Origin: an uncultured virus (IMG/VR IMGVR_UViG_3300025138_000019)
Taxonomy: Duplodnaviria > Heunggongvirae > Uroviricota > Caudoviricetes
DNA length: 64,000 bases
IMG/VR virus record: IMGVR_UViG_3300025138_000019
Reading direction: 5' to 3' (one strand)
Every line of letters starts with the position of its first letter. Position 1 is the first letter of the stretch. Below the pieces are notes generated by a model. That model saw nothing but the letters and a program-made list of their open reading frames with translations. It had not been told where the DNA came from and ran no database searches. Made by a program: the position numbers and the translations under genes. Positions 1-9,090 of this stretch are shown piece after piece.

Positions 1-500
1 AATCCAAATTTAGAATAGGAAAGTTTTTCCAAATACTCTTCTTGTGTGTAAGGCCACCTGTTGGTGTCCCCCATCATAACGGGCATACTAAACAGTTCTA
101 TACAATCAGACCAATCATGTGATGATCTTTTATCTAATTGTACTTGATTTTCTATCTTACCCAAGAAAATACTTTCGATTTTTCTGTCTTGGTAAGAACG
201 TCTAAATTCTTTTTTATATTTTTCTATTAGCTTTGGTTTTCTTCCCCAAAAAATCCAAGGCTTGCATCTGTCGTCTGCACAGTTAGGAATCGTATTACCA
301 AATAATCCATATTCAAAAGGAGAGACTGGTCGATCATCAACTCTTGGATGATCGTATAATAAAATTTTGCCAGGCTTATCTACCCAACAAAATCCATCTG
401 GGCTGTCTCCAAGTTTACACAACCCTTCAGATTCCCAAATATCTAGCAACTCTCTAAAAGAATCGCCCTTATGTCCCTGCCGGGGTTTTAGTATAATCAC
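1..500 (-). CDS. Putative glycosyltransferase (exostosin/GT47- or CgeB-like), truncated by the left window edge
   Basis: Not in the ORF track. Manual translation from the GTG at 500 is open to the edge: MIILKPRQGHKGDSFRELLDIW...WIFWGR...SIFLGKIEN...YTQEEYLEKLSYSKFG. The 'Y.E.L..SKFG' motif resembles exostosin-like GT C-termini, and two other GTs are adjacent. Confidence 0.55.
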   Translation of the reverse strand, partial: MIILKPRQGHKGDSFRELLDIWESEGLCKLGDSPDGFCWVDKPGKILLYDHPRVDDRPVSPFEYGLFGNTIPNCADDRCKPWIFWGRKPKLIEKYKKEFRRSYQDRKIESIFLGKIENQVQLDKRSSHDWSDCIELFSMPVMMGDTNRWPYTQEEYLEKLSYSKFG

Positions 501-1146
501 ATTTACCTACCATTATATCCATGAGAGACATCTTAGTTTCAATGCCTCTAGTAAAGTTAGCATGATGCATAATGATGTCTTTTGGTACATCAAAATTCCA
601 TGCAATATCTCGCGTCCATTCTTTTTCTAAAGAATGAAAAACGTTGTGGTATCGTTTACCCAGTGGTTTTGCTTTTATTCCCATATCTTTGATATAGTAA
701 TTCATTGCTATTTGATCACCACTACCACTTTGACTAAAGTTATCCATGTTTTTCAGGACGTTTTCGAATAGATTGAGAATTTTATCGTTTGATCTAGCAA
801 TAAAGAAACCAGCACAAAGCATATTTACATCATCTATACAAGCTATATCATTGTCACCAATTTCTTCGATGATATTATCTTTGAACTTATCGAAGAAAAT
901 TATATCACAATCAGAATGTACAAAAAATTCATCTCGACCTTTTGTTTCTAAGATAGAATCTACAACATATTCCATCTTTTTTCTCATCGCAGACATCCAT
1001 CCGGCGTGCATAAATGATGCCGAAGGACAGTCCTGTGGGATGTTTCTAATAACAAGCTCAAGATCTTTTTCATAAGGAAACGACTTGAGGTAATAATCAT
1101 CTAATATTTGTTTGTGTGAGTCGGAGTAGAACGTATATGTTTTCAT
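469..1146 (-). CDS. Nucleotide-diphospho-sugar transferase (GT77/Nucleotid_trans-like)
   Basis: DxD motif (HSDCDI), followed by LCAGFF, GDQ and HHANF motifs typical of this GT-A family. Confidence 0.75.
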   Translation of the reverse strand: MKTYTFYSDSHKQILDDYYLKSFPYEKDLELVIRNIPQDCPSASFMHAGWMSAMRKKMEYVVDSILETKGRDEFFVHSDCDIIFFDKFKDNIIEEIGDNDIACIDDVNMLCAGFFIARSNDKILNLFENVLKNMDNFSQSGSGDQIAMNYYIKDMGIKAKPLGKRYHNVFHSLEKEWTRDIAWNFDVPKDIIMHHANFTRGIETKMSLMDIMVGKCDYTKTPAGT

Positions 1147-1155
1147 TATATTTTC

Positions 1156-1848
1156 CTAACTAACTTCTCTAAGAACCCCGAAGTTATTATTTTTTCTTTC
1201 TTCAAATACCTTTCCATCTTTTTCATACATTTCACCACTGTCATTTCTTTGATGTAACTCATCAGCTTGATCGTGGTTTCCGGGAATCCAAAGATGTTTT
1301 GCAATACAAATATCACTAACTGCAAACTTACCCATTAGCATACACGCCGAAGTTTGCTCGTTATCACAAAACACAGAAGTATAATCTGGGTGGTAGATAT
1401 ATCCAAATCTCTCATAGAGCTTCCATCCCAAACAAGGCAATGTCATCAATGGATCTTTTCTTATTCCATCATTAAACTTTATTGCCCCATCATAATCAGG
1501 GAAGGTGTTTTGATATGTCCTATAGATGATATCATCATAATCTTCTTGGACGGGGAACATATCATCTGAAATCAGTAAAAGAACATCACCCTCCGCACCG
1601 TCCATATTTGCGTTACAAGCTTCTACTTTAGATTTTGAGTTACCGTAGAAATATTGTATATCATTAGCCTGTGCTAACTCATCTAACCACATTCTCATTT
1701 TTGGTGTATTCATTGTCGAATCATCTTCATCTAAAGTTATGATAAATGATACTTCATGTTTACCAGAAAGTAAAGAAATATATTTGGTTAAAATTTGTTT
1801 GAATTTTTCAGGACGATTACGAGAAGGAAATTTTATCACTAGTTTCAT
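1156..1848 (-). CDS. GT-A (family 2-like) glycosyltransferase
   Basis: N-terminal LVIKFPSRNR strand, ISDDM DxD-like motif, YIYHPDY..FCDNE. Start taken at the second Met (MKLVIKF). Confidence 0.75.
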   Translation of the reverse strand: MKLVIKFPSRNRPEKFKQILTKYISLLSGKHEVSFIITLDEDDSTMNTPKMRMWLDELAQANDIQYFYGNSKSKVEACNANMDGAEGDVLLLISDDMFPVQEDYDDIIYRTYQNTFPDYDGAIKFNDGIRKDPLMTLPCLGWKLYERFGYIYHPDYTSVFCDNEQTSACMLMGKFAVSDICIAKHLWIPGNHDQADELHQRNDSGEMYEKDGKVFEERKNNNFGVLREVS

Positions 1849-1854
1849 TATCAA

Positions 1855-2271
1855 TTACCTATTTTTTCCTATATGGTATTTTGGTATTAGTTCCCAGTCA
1901 GTTTTTTCTCTGTGTGGGATAATTTTAATTTGTGCCAAACCTGATTGTGGTTCATCATATTCCTCTCCTTCGATTGGAACAACTAAACCCCATTCTTTTA
2001 AAAGTTTAACAATAGTATTTCTTCTTCCTAGATCATTGTCAGAAACATCGCTAGACAATCCATCTAGCAAGAATAATTCTTTAAAGTGCAGTATGGCATA
2101 TCTACCTCTTTTGTGTAGAATATGGCAAGACTGATATAATTTGTTTTCTTTTCTTGATGAGACACCTATACGTGTGAGAGTTTCTCTCACTTTCAAAAAA
2201 GAATCTTCTTCTGGAAGTTCTATCTCTACGCCCAAGCCCTCAAAAATATCATTTTCTTCTTCACTATCCAT
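1855..2271 (-). CDS. regA: RegA translational repressor
   Basis: FLKVRETLTRIGV...LYQSCHILHKRGRYAILHFKELF.LDG signature; follows gp62. Start moved to MDSEEE, which has a GGAGA RBS. Confidence 0.95.
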   Translation of the reverse strand: MDSEEENDIFEGLGVEIELPEEDSFLKVRETLTRIGVSSRKENKLYQSCHILHKRGRYAILHFKELFLLDGLSSDVSDNDLGRRNTIVKLLKEWGLVVPIEGEEYDEPQSGLAQIKIIPHREKTDWELIPKYHIGKNR

Positions 2272-2326
2272 AATATTATCTCCAATACATATTCGCTTCA
2301 ATATAATATGGCATAATATATAGATC

Positions 2327-2722
2327 TTATCCCTTTTTAACACCGCCAGTGTCATATAACGCTTCTATATTTCTGAGCTGTTCATCTGACAACAGAGATA
2401 AAACTTCCCTTGCTCTGTGATTTGAATAGTTATAATGCTTTTTTATGAGAGCCAATTTATCATCGTCCTCTCTTTTCAACCACTTACTAAATCGCTTTCT
2501 CTTTCTGAGAGACAATCTAAGATAGTCGAATTGCATTTTACTGCCGAGATGAGACATTTGATTACATTGATTTGCATACAGAATGCTGTCTGGAAAATAA
2601 GACAAACACTTGTTGATGACAAAGGGAACATATTCCTTTTCATACAAACCAGTGGGATCTCCGTCCATCAGTGGAGACTTCGAAAAATTAATTGAATTAA
2701 GATATTCACTCAGATTCATCAA
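2327..2722 (-). CDS. gp62: Clamp loader small subunit
   Basis: YLNSIN, Y.PFVINKCLS, RKRFSKW, YNYS motifs; synteny with gp44 and regA. Confidence 0.92.
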   Translation of the reverse strand: MMNLSEYLNSINFSKSPLMDGDPTGLYEKEYVPFVINKCLSYFPDSILYANQCNQMSHLGSKMQFDYLRLSLRKRKRFSKWLKREDDDKLALIKKHYNYSNHRAREVLSLLSDEQLRNIEALYDTGGVKKG

Positions 2723-3005
2723 CTACCGCCACAATATCTTCTCTTTTGAGTAGGTCAAATTTATCATGAATACCAATTCTCTTACTTACTTCGTAGAGAA
2801 CAATGTCCCCCACTTTATAATCCACTTTAGCTACCTTTCCATCGAGACCTGGAGTTCCGGGTCCCATGGTAATAACAGTGGCTTGAGCAAAAGATGTACT
2901 CAGTACCTGACTTGTCTTGAAAATAATACCAGAATCAGTTTTTTGTTCTTCGTTGTAATCGATTTTTTGTACTAGGATATAGTCACCCTGTGCAGAATAT
3001 TTCAT
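2706..3005 (-). CDS. groES: GroES/Cpn10-like co-chaperonin
   Basis: GDYILVQ, mobile loop KTDSGII, VITMGPG, KVGDIVLY and EDIVAVV match the Cpn10 pattern; 99 aa. Confidence 0.85.
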   Translation of the reverse strand: MKYSAQGDYILVQKIDYNEEQKTDSGIIFKTSQVLSTSFAQATVITMGPGTPGLDGKVAKVDYKVGDIVLYEVSKRIGIHDKFDLLKREDIVAVVDESE

Positions 3006-3952
3006 TTGAATTCACACTCCATCATTAGTTCTACTAAACATGCGGTTAAGTTAATTTCGTGATCTGCAACAAACGCAGATTTGTATTGATAATCAGCCAA
3101 AATCAAAATAGACTGTGGAACTGAAGATGCAATAACATATGTATTCATTCCATCGTAGATCTTTCTGAATATGTGGGTTTGATCGTTATCTAAGTTTTCA
3201 ATAACCCACTTCCTAACTGAAGTAAAATCTTTCTTCTTCATTGAAGAAGCCAATTCTTTGATTTTAATTTCAGAAACATCTGACAATATACCAACATCAA
3301 TTGTACCAGAGACAGAATACTTTTGCAATTCATTTATGATTCTCCTGAAATCAGGAAAATATTTCATTACCAATCCAACCAAAACCTTTTCTTCATAAGG
3401 AACGCCTTCATTGTCAAGGATTGTTTTGATCCTATCTAGAATTTGTATGGCGAGTTTTGGTTTCTCTTTCGATGCTATGTTGAAGTTTACAACGGTACAT
3501 CTAGAATGAATTGGTTCGATGATTCGATTCTTGAAATTGCAAGTCAAGATAAACCTACAGTTTTTAGAGAACTCTTCTATGAATCCTCTGAGTGCAGGTT
3601 GAGTTGACTGTGCATTTGAATAATCAAACTCATCAAGAATTACAACCTTCTTTTGGTTTGTCAAAGAAACCGTGCTGGCAAAATTTCTAATCTTTGTTCG
3701 GAGAGTATCGATGTTTCCATCCTCCGAACAGTTGATCATTAGGTAGTCTGTACCCAGTTCTTTACAAAGAGCCTTTGCAACAGTAGTTTTTCCGCAACCA
3801 GGTCCTCCACATAGAAGAAGGTTTTGAGATTCTCCACTTGCTACAATGTCAGAGAAAATCTTTTTTATGTCTTCTGGTAAGACACACTCTTCAATTTTAG
3901 ATGGTCTATATTTTTCAACCCACAAGTAGTGTTGAGTTTCCACGATGGTCAT
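3002..3952 (-). CDS. gp44: Clamp loader large subunit (AAA+ ATPase)
   Basis: LWVEKYRP, Walker A GGPGCGKTT, Walker B ILDEFD, SRC motif. Confidence 0.97.
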   Translation of the reverse strand: MTIVETQHYLWVEKYRPSKIEECVLPEDIKKIFSDIVASGESQNLLLCGGPGCGKTTVAKALCKELGTDYLMINCSEDGNIDTLRTKIRNFASTVSLTNQKKVVILDEFDYSNAQSTQPALRGFIEEFSKNCRFILTCNFKNRIIEPIHSRCTVVNFNIASKEKPKLAIQILDRIKTILDNEGVPYEEKVLVGLVMKYFPDFRRIINELQKYSVSGTIDVGILSDVSEIKIKELASSMKKKDFTSVRKWVIENLDNDQTHIFRKIYDGMNTYVIASSVPQSILILADYQYKSAFVADHEINLTACLVELMMECEFK

Positions 3953-3978
3953 TATGATTCCTCATTATAATTTTTTAA

Positions 3979-4659
3979 TCAAACAGAGTAAACAGAGTCA
4001 GATTCAAGAGCAACCCAATACTTTAGATCAAGTCCACTAGCATTACAAAATTCACTAACAACCTTTTCTGTAATATTCACTGTATAATCTCCCTGAAGCA
4101 TTTTCAGGTTCTCTACCTTGAAGTAATATTTAAAGGCAGCAGACTCATCATATACAGCATCTCCCAACTCAACCGAGTACGAGTTAGTAGTTCGATCAGC
4201 TTTATCCAGAACTTCAGCGAAGACACCATCATCAGTATTGTGGATACAAAGATCGGGGAGCTGAAGAACAGCCGCAGCTCTTTGCAAGTCATTGAATATA
4301 TCTTGCTTCCAACCGAAACTAACAACAGTATCAGGCATATCAATTTCTTTGGTGGGTACTGTAAGCAGACTTGGTTCTGAATAAAAATACTTAATCAAAG
4401 AATTATTAGATCCCTTGATAGAAACATACCCTTCTTCAAATTCAAAATCAGGATCTGAGAAAAGAGAAATTGTTCCTAAGAATTTACCAAGATCCCAGAT
4501 TCCAAATTGTGTTGCGAAGTCTTCTTCAACAGTAGCTTCTGCCATTACATTCTTGGCGGGGGTAAGGGTCTTCAAAACATTTCCTTCTTTAACTAGAATA
4601 TTTGAGTTTAGACTAGAAAAGTTTTTTAGAATCGAAAATGTGTTTTTACTTAATTTCAT
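3979..4659 (-). CDS. gp45: Sliding clamp
   Basis: MKLSKNT..ILKNFS.LN N-terminus, FGIWDL..FL, YWVALE C-terminus. Confidence 0.95.
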   Translation of the reverse strand: MKLSKNTFSILKNFSSLNSNILVKEGNVLKTLTPAKNVMAEATVEEDFATQFGIWDLGKFLGTISLFSDPDFEFEEGYVSIKGSNNSLIKYFYSEPSLLTVPTKEIDMPDTVVSFGWKQDIFNDLQRAAAVLQLPDLCIHNTDDGVFAEVLDKADRTTNSYSVELGDAVYDESAAFKYYFKVENLKMLQGDYTVNITEKVVSEFCNASGLDLKYWVALESDSVYSV

Positions 4660-4856
4660 TAATCACTCCACTGATCAAAATTTTCCATGTTTTCTTCATA
4701 ATCACTGTCATCTATATTTCCTTGTTTAACATCTCTAAGCAATTTTTTTGCTTGATGTCTGCTTGATTTTCTTCTTTGACTACCTTTTTTTCCAAAAGAA
4801 TAATCTTCCTCACTTGAGGTAGACTTGATCTTACCACGGGTGGATTTGTTTTTCAA
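4659..4856 (-). CDS. Small hypothetical protein (basic N-terminus, acidic C-terminus)
   Basis: 65 aa; fills the RNase H-gp45 gap and overlaps the gp45 start by 1 nt. Confidence 0.6.
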   Translation of the reverse strand: MKNKSTRGKIKSTSSEEDYSFGKKGSQRRKSSRHQAKKLLRDVKQGNIDDSDYEENMENFDQWSD

Positions 4857-5696
4857 TTAAAAATCCTCCAAATAATTAACAAGCTTTACTAATTTCTTGG
4901 TTATAAAGTAATTTAAAATTTTCGAACGATCACCATAGGTTGAATCATCAAAGTTGAGATGTATCCTATCCTGAATATCATTGGGTATTTCTTCGAAATC
5001 AACCAAGACTTTATTTCTATTCCAATTCTTAAACATTGGATCATCTTCACCTATTGTGGTTTCTTTATATTGTGCGAGCTTCTTCTTTGTTAGAGGACGT
5101 TGCTTTTTAGTTTCCTCTATGAAACAATCATCGTCCGAAAGAACATTTGGGATTCCATCAGACGAATCTCCCCTCAACACATGTTCCAGAAGATATGTTT
5201 CCGGATCTTCACACACAACAAAGTCTTTTTTACTTGGACTGTATTGTTTTATATTTCCATATCTTTGAAGTTGTTGGAAGTCTTTATCACTAGAGATGAT
5301 AAGAATCTTTTCCTGTTTGTAGAATCGTTTTGCTATAACTGCAATGACATCATCAGCTTCTGTATTTTGTGCTGAGATATTTTTGTAGGGTAGATTTTCT
5401 TCTACTTCATTTCTAATGATATGTAAGTATTCGAAAATTTTATTCCAATCAACATCAGAGTCTTTTTGCTTTTTTCTTCTCTGTGCTTTGTAATATGAAA
5501 ATACATTTTTTCTCCAGCAATCAGGAGAGTCGTGACAAATAATAATTTCACCATATTCAGCAGAGAACTTTTTTCTATAAGATCTGTAAGTGTTCAGAAC
5601 TAGATGACGAATAAAATCGATATCCATTTCATTATTGTATTTTATAGATTGGAAAATATTCGATAAGATAATTTGGTTGTTGTCTATTAGTATCAT
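4857..5696 (-). CDS. rnh: T4-type RNase H / 5'-3' exonuclease
   Basis: MILID, WRK..F.YYKA.R, EADD, SSDKDF.QL, GD.SDGIPN motifs. Start taken at MILID. Confidence 0.93.
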   Translation of the reverse strand: MILIDNNQIILSNIFQSIKYNNEMDIDFIRHLVLNTYRSYRKKFSAEYGEIIICHDSPDCWRKNVFSYYKAQRRKKQKDSDVDWNKIFEYLHIIRNEVEENLPYKNISAQNTEADDVIAVIAKRFYKQEKILIISSDKDFQQLQRYGNIKQYSPSKKDFVVCEDPETYLLEHVLRGDSSDGIPNVLSDDDCFIEETKKQRPLTKKKLAQYKETTIGEDDPMFKNWNRNKVLVDFEEIPNDIQDRIHLNFDDSTYGDRSKILNYFITKKLVKLVNYLEDF

Positions 5697-5703
5697 GTTA
5701 TAC

Positions 5704-5731
5704 ATTCTATCATAATTTAATTAAAAATCAA
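5704..5731 (-). promoter_or_regulatory. Sigma70-type promoter upstream of rnh
   Basis: TTGATT-N16-TAGAAT with a TGn extended -10. Confidence 0.55.
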
Positions 5732-6045
5732 GTCTCAACCCAGTGTTTTCCATTGTCATCTTTGATGTACTTATAAACCCTACCTGTGGCAGAATCTATC
5801 CACTCGTCACCAACCTTTGCGGAAAAGGGAACTGTATTGTCATTGAAAAAGTTTTGTGATTTGCCCATCATAATCCAACCTTCTCGTTCTCCCACTTCGG
5901 GAGATACACCAGTTATTGTTTTTGACGCGGCATACAATCTAGAATTTTTTATTACAAGATCGCCATATTCATATGTGATAGGAACTCCATTTTCATTTGA
6001 AAATTTGTAGTTGCCTATAAAATTAAAAGAGTCAAATTGTACCAT
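5728..6045 (-). CDS. Hypothetical protein with a CBM5/12-like aromatic motif
   Basis: Y.YGDLV....LYAA.......P.....W pattern and GDEWID..TG.VY; TAATG coupling to the upstream gene. Confidence 0.55.
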   Translation of the reverse strand: MVQFDSFNFIGNYKFSNENGVPITYEYGDLVIKNSRLYAASKTITGVSPEVGEREGWIMMGKSQNFFNDNTVPFSAKVGDEWIDSATGRVYKYIKDDNGKHWVET

Positions 6046-6743
6046 TAAAAGCACCTCAACAAAAGAGTCTTGTCATTTATTCTTCCAGTGACAGGAAGCT
6101 TTTTAGTATTTATCTTGTCTAATGTATTTAAAGAAAAATTCTTTCCTCCTGAACAACAACTCCCCAGAAGAGTTTTTATATTTCTTCCGGCAGATTTACA
6201 AAAAGACAACTCAGGGTTGTAGTTTTGTATGGTTGTTCCCTTAAAAACAAATCCTTCTTTTTCCGAACATTCGTAATAGAATATTTTATTCTGTTTAGTA
6301 TTGAATGCGATCAAACCATTAGCACCAACTACTTTTGTTGAATCTACCGATTCAACTGAGTGCTCGTCCCAAGACTCTTGGTACTTTACATTCTTAACCA
6401 TCTTTTCTGGAGTTATCTTTTTCTTCTTTCTTACAATCTTACTCCTCGATTCGAATTCATCTGCAATAGAAGTGACATAAAGAAGAAGTTTCTTTTGTTT
6501 TGTTTTTGACAAATAAGACCAACCCTCTACTAAATCAGGATCAGTTTCATTTATACTACACTCCAATTCATTTTCAAAAGTTCTAAATCTTTCTGCAATG
6601 AATCTAGCTTCTTTTTTTGGCATTTTGTATGCGCTGCACAAACCTTTTGCGCTTCTCTTACGAAGAGTTGTATTGTTTTGTAGGGAGGCGATATATTCAT
6701 CAATCCATGTTTCGACTATAGCACCCGGCGTGTCACCGTTCAT
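6045..6743 (-). CDS. Hypothetical protein (T4-like accessory/core)
   Basis: DLVEGWSYL and TGRIN..TLLLR motifs of the kind seen in T4-like hypothetical proteins; GGAGA RBS before MNGD. Confidence 0.65.
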   Translation of the reverse strand: MNGDTPGAIVETWIDEYIASLQNNTTLRKRSAKGLCSAYKMPKKEARFIAERFRTFENELECSINETDPDLVEGWSYLSKTKQKKLLLYVTSIADEFESRSKIVRKKKKITPEKMVKNVKYQESWDEHSVESVDSTKVVGANGLIAFNTKQNKIFYYECSEKEGFVFKGTTIQNYNPELSFCKSAGRNIKTLLGSCCSGGKNFSLNTLDKINTKKLPVTGRINDKTLLLRCF

Positions 6744-6745
6744 TT

Positions 6746-8335
6746 TTAATCTCCTGGCTTCCAAAATACAAACACTGGTTCATACTTTAGATATTTTCCT
6801 TTGACTTGACAATAATTCTTACACTTTGGGATTCCGTTTTCGTCCACTCGGTTTTGACCTGGCATGGATTCCAATCCCATTTTTAACTTGTACTTGAATA
6901 TCATACCATAAGATTCAAGAATTTCAATAGAATCTTTCTCTATAGGCAGATACTCACCTTTGACTAAAATGTCTGCGACATTCCACAGGAGATATCTATC
7001 ATTTTTTAAATATTCAACACAAGTCTTTAGTGTGGGTTCAAGAAATCCATCTCTCCATGATTCATACGAAGAACCAAACTTCTTAAATGATTGATTCTCA
7101 TCTTCACTATATGCCTCTCTATTGAAGTAGGGAGGTGAAGTGAATATTAAATCAAGTTTTCCTTTGTGTTTCTGGAACCCCGGATCTTCATGAATTACTT
7201 CGGAGCCAAGTTGATATAGTTCGTAATTGTTTGTAGAGCTAAAGAAAGGATTTCCACGGTACGTTTTAGTATTATAGAAATCGGCAACCAGACTATATTT
7301 AGAAGTGTTATCAGGAAAGAAATTGTCAGGATTGGGATCAGTGCCAATATAAAGAATATTCCTATCATCACGAGCACACATAGCACCCAAAATTCTACCA
7401 CCCCAGCCTGAACTTGGATCGTAAATTCTGATTTGTTCTTGTTGTTTAATTTGTTCAGTATATCTCTCATACAAATATTTAGCTGTAGTGGGAGGAAAGT
7501 TTACCGCTGGTTGGATATAACCTATACGAAAAGCTTTGAAGCCTCCGGGGAACATTGGTTTATCTTTTTTATAGAGTCTAATAGAATAAACCTTATCGTC
7601 AGCCATATTTTCAATATCAAATGTAGAGTAGTGTTTATATTGCAACCAACCACAATCTTTATACTTTTGAACTTCATCTTTTGTTAGTTGCAGAATCTCT
7701 GACTGTTCAATCTGAAAATAACTAGTATTCAAACCCTCTCTGATTTTTACTTCTTCTAAGAAGAAATCATATCCATCAAACAGACTTTGGTTTGTAAAAA
7801 ATATATCAATCCATTCCTCACCAGAGTCAACATCAACAACGGAATACTTCTTACTATTTTTTATAGTAGAAAGAGCATGTGAGTAAAATGAATCTCTTCT
7901 GAAATGCCTAGACGCACCTTTTACAACTCGATCCAAATAATCATCATTTGCAATCAAGTCATAGATGGAGTGTCCATTGTCTTTGTCGGAATAATTTATT
8001 CTAGTCTTAAACATATTATCAAAAAACTGATCGACTTCCACTCCCAGTCTTGATTTGTTTATGATCACATCATCATCTATATCTGATAATTCATCAGTGT
8101 TTGTAAATGTATGAACTGGATATTCCGCAAGCTTATTGAATGCTTTGATGATATCAGTTTCAGACTTCCCAGTGCGAGGAGGACAACCATAATTGTCCCA
8201 TGAGTAAGTCAAAACTTTTCTCAATTCAATAACCCAGTCTTTAAATTCATCTGGTGTCATTGCAAGAAGATCTTCAAACTTACAATTCACCTTTGAATTT
8301 ATGACATAATCATTTCGTTCATAAAATTGTTTCAT
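6746..8335 (-). CDS. SAM-dependent DNA amino-methyltransferase (N4-C/N6-A type) with a large N-terminal region
   Basis: Motif I YDPSSGWGGR and motif IV FTSPPYF; ATGA overlap with the upstream PLP enzyme gene. Confidence 0.8.
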   Translation of the reverse strand: MKQFYERNDYVINSKVNCKFEDLLAMTPDEFKDWVIELRKVLTYSWDNYGCPPRTGKSETDIIKAFNKLAEYPVHTFTNTDELSDIDDDVIINKSRLGVEVDQFFDNMFKTRINYSDKDNGHSIYDLIANDDYLDRVVKGASRHFRRDSFYSHALSTIKNSKKYSVVDVDSGEEWIDIFFTNQSLFDGYDFFLEEVKIREGLNTSYFQIEQSEILQLTKDEVQKYKDCGWLQYKHYSTFDIENMADDKVYSIRLYKKDKPMFPGGFKAFRIGYIQPAVNFPPTTAKYLYERYTEQIKQQEQIRIYDPSSGWGGRILGAMCARDDRNILYIGTDPNPDNFFPDNTSKYSLVADFYNTKTYRGNPFFSSTNNYELYQLGSEVIHEDPGFQKHKGKLDLIFTSPPYFNREAYSEDENQSFKKFGSSYESWRDGFLEPTLKTCVEYLKNDRYLLWNVADILVKGEYLPIEKDSIEILESYGMIFKYKLKMGLESMPGQNRVDENGIPKCKNYCQVKGKYLKYEPVFVFWKPGD

Positions 8336-9087
8336 GATCCTACATTCCAAAATAAAGCACCCGGACTTGCATACCTTTTCATAAATTCCCATGCCTTTGC
8401 ATCGTATGTTGGTGCAGAAGGAAAGGGTGGTTTCACTTTTGTTTCTTTGTTGAAGGGGATTTCACAGTGATAGACTTTTGCTCTTCCGTAGTCTCCTTTG
8501 TGTCCAACAGCAACACAATGGAACGATGCATCTGGCCATGCTTGCTGTAATCCTCTAGTGAGGGTTCCGGATGAACCGACTGTCCATACTTCGTTTGGTC
8601 GAACATCGCACCGTAAAGCAACCCTAGTAACGGAAGCAATAACACTAGGATGGTCAAACCCAATAGGAAGTAATCTACGATTGATAGGACTTTCTTGCAC
8701 ATAATCTCTTGCTCTTTTCTCTGTCACCGACAGCATCCCATTTGGAACCCAGTTCATTATAGCACCTTCTTCAATGGCCCGCAACTGATAATCATGTAGT
8801 TTATCCATCGAACGTTCAGCCATAAAGACAATTGCCTTTTTACCATATTTGCGGCATAAGTACGAAAGAGAAATCTGTGCGTACCCAGTTGCGGGAGAAC
8901 TCCCATATACCCATTCTTCTATCTCCGGTTGACTTTGTATTAAATAATCTGCAAATCTAACTTTAGATCCGCCTCCGAGAAGATCATCTCGAACAATAGA
9001 AAATCCTTCGTGTTCTTCTATCACTGGGGCGGGATTTGGATCTATCCAATCACCAATATCACAATCATCATCGAATAGACTTGGCAT
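8332..9087 (-). CDS. PLP-dependent fold-type II enzyme (PALP; D-cysteine desulfhydrase/ACC deaminase-like)
   Basis: RDDLLGGGSKVR (PLP lysine), VGSSGTLTRGL phosphate loop, YDAKAW, FWNVG. Confidence 0.8.
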   Translation of the reverse strand: MPSLFDDDCDIGDWIDPNPAPVIEEHEGFSIVRDDLLGGGSKVRFADYLIQSQPEIEEWVYGSSPATGYAQISLSYLCRKYGKKAIVFMAERSMDKLHDYQLRAIEEGAIMNWVPNGMLSVTEKRARDYVQESPINRRLLPIGFDHPSVIASVTRVALRCDVRPNEVWTVGSSGTLTRGLQQAWPDASFHCVAVGHKGDYGRAKVYHCEIPFNKETKVKPPFPSAPTYDAKAWEFMKRYASPGALFWNVGS

Positions 9088-9090
9088 AAA

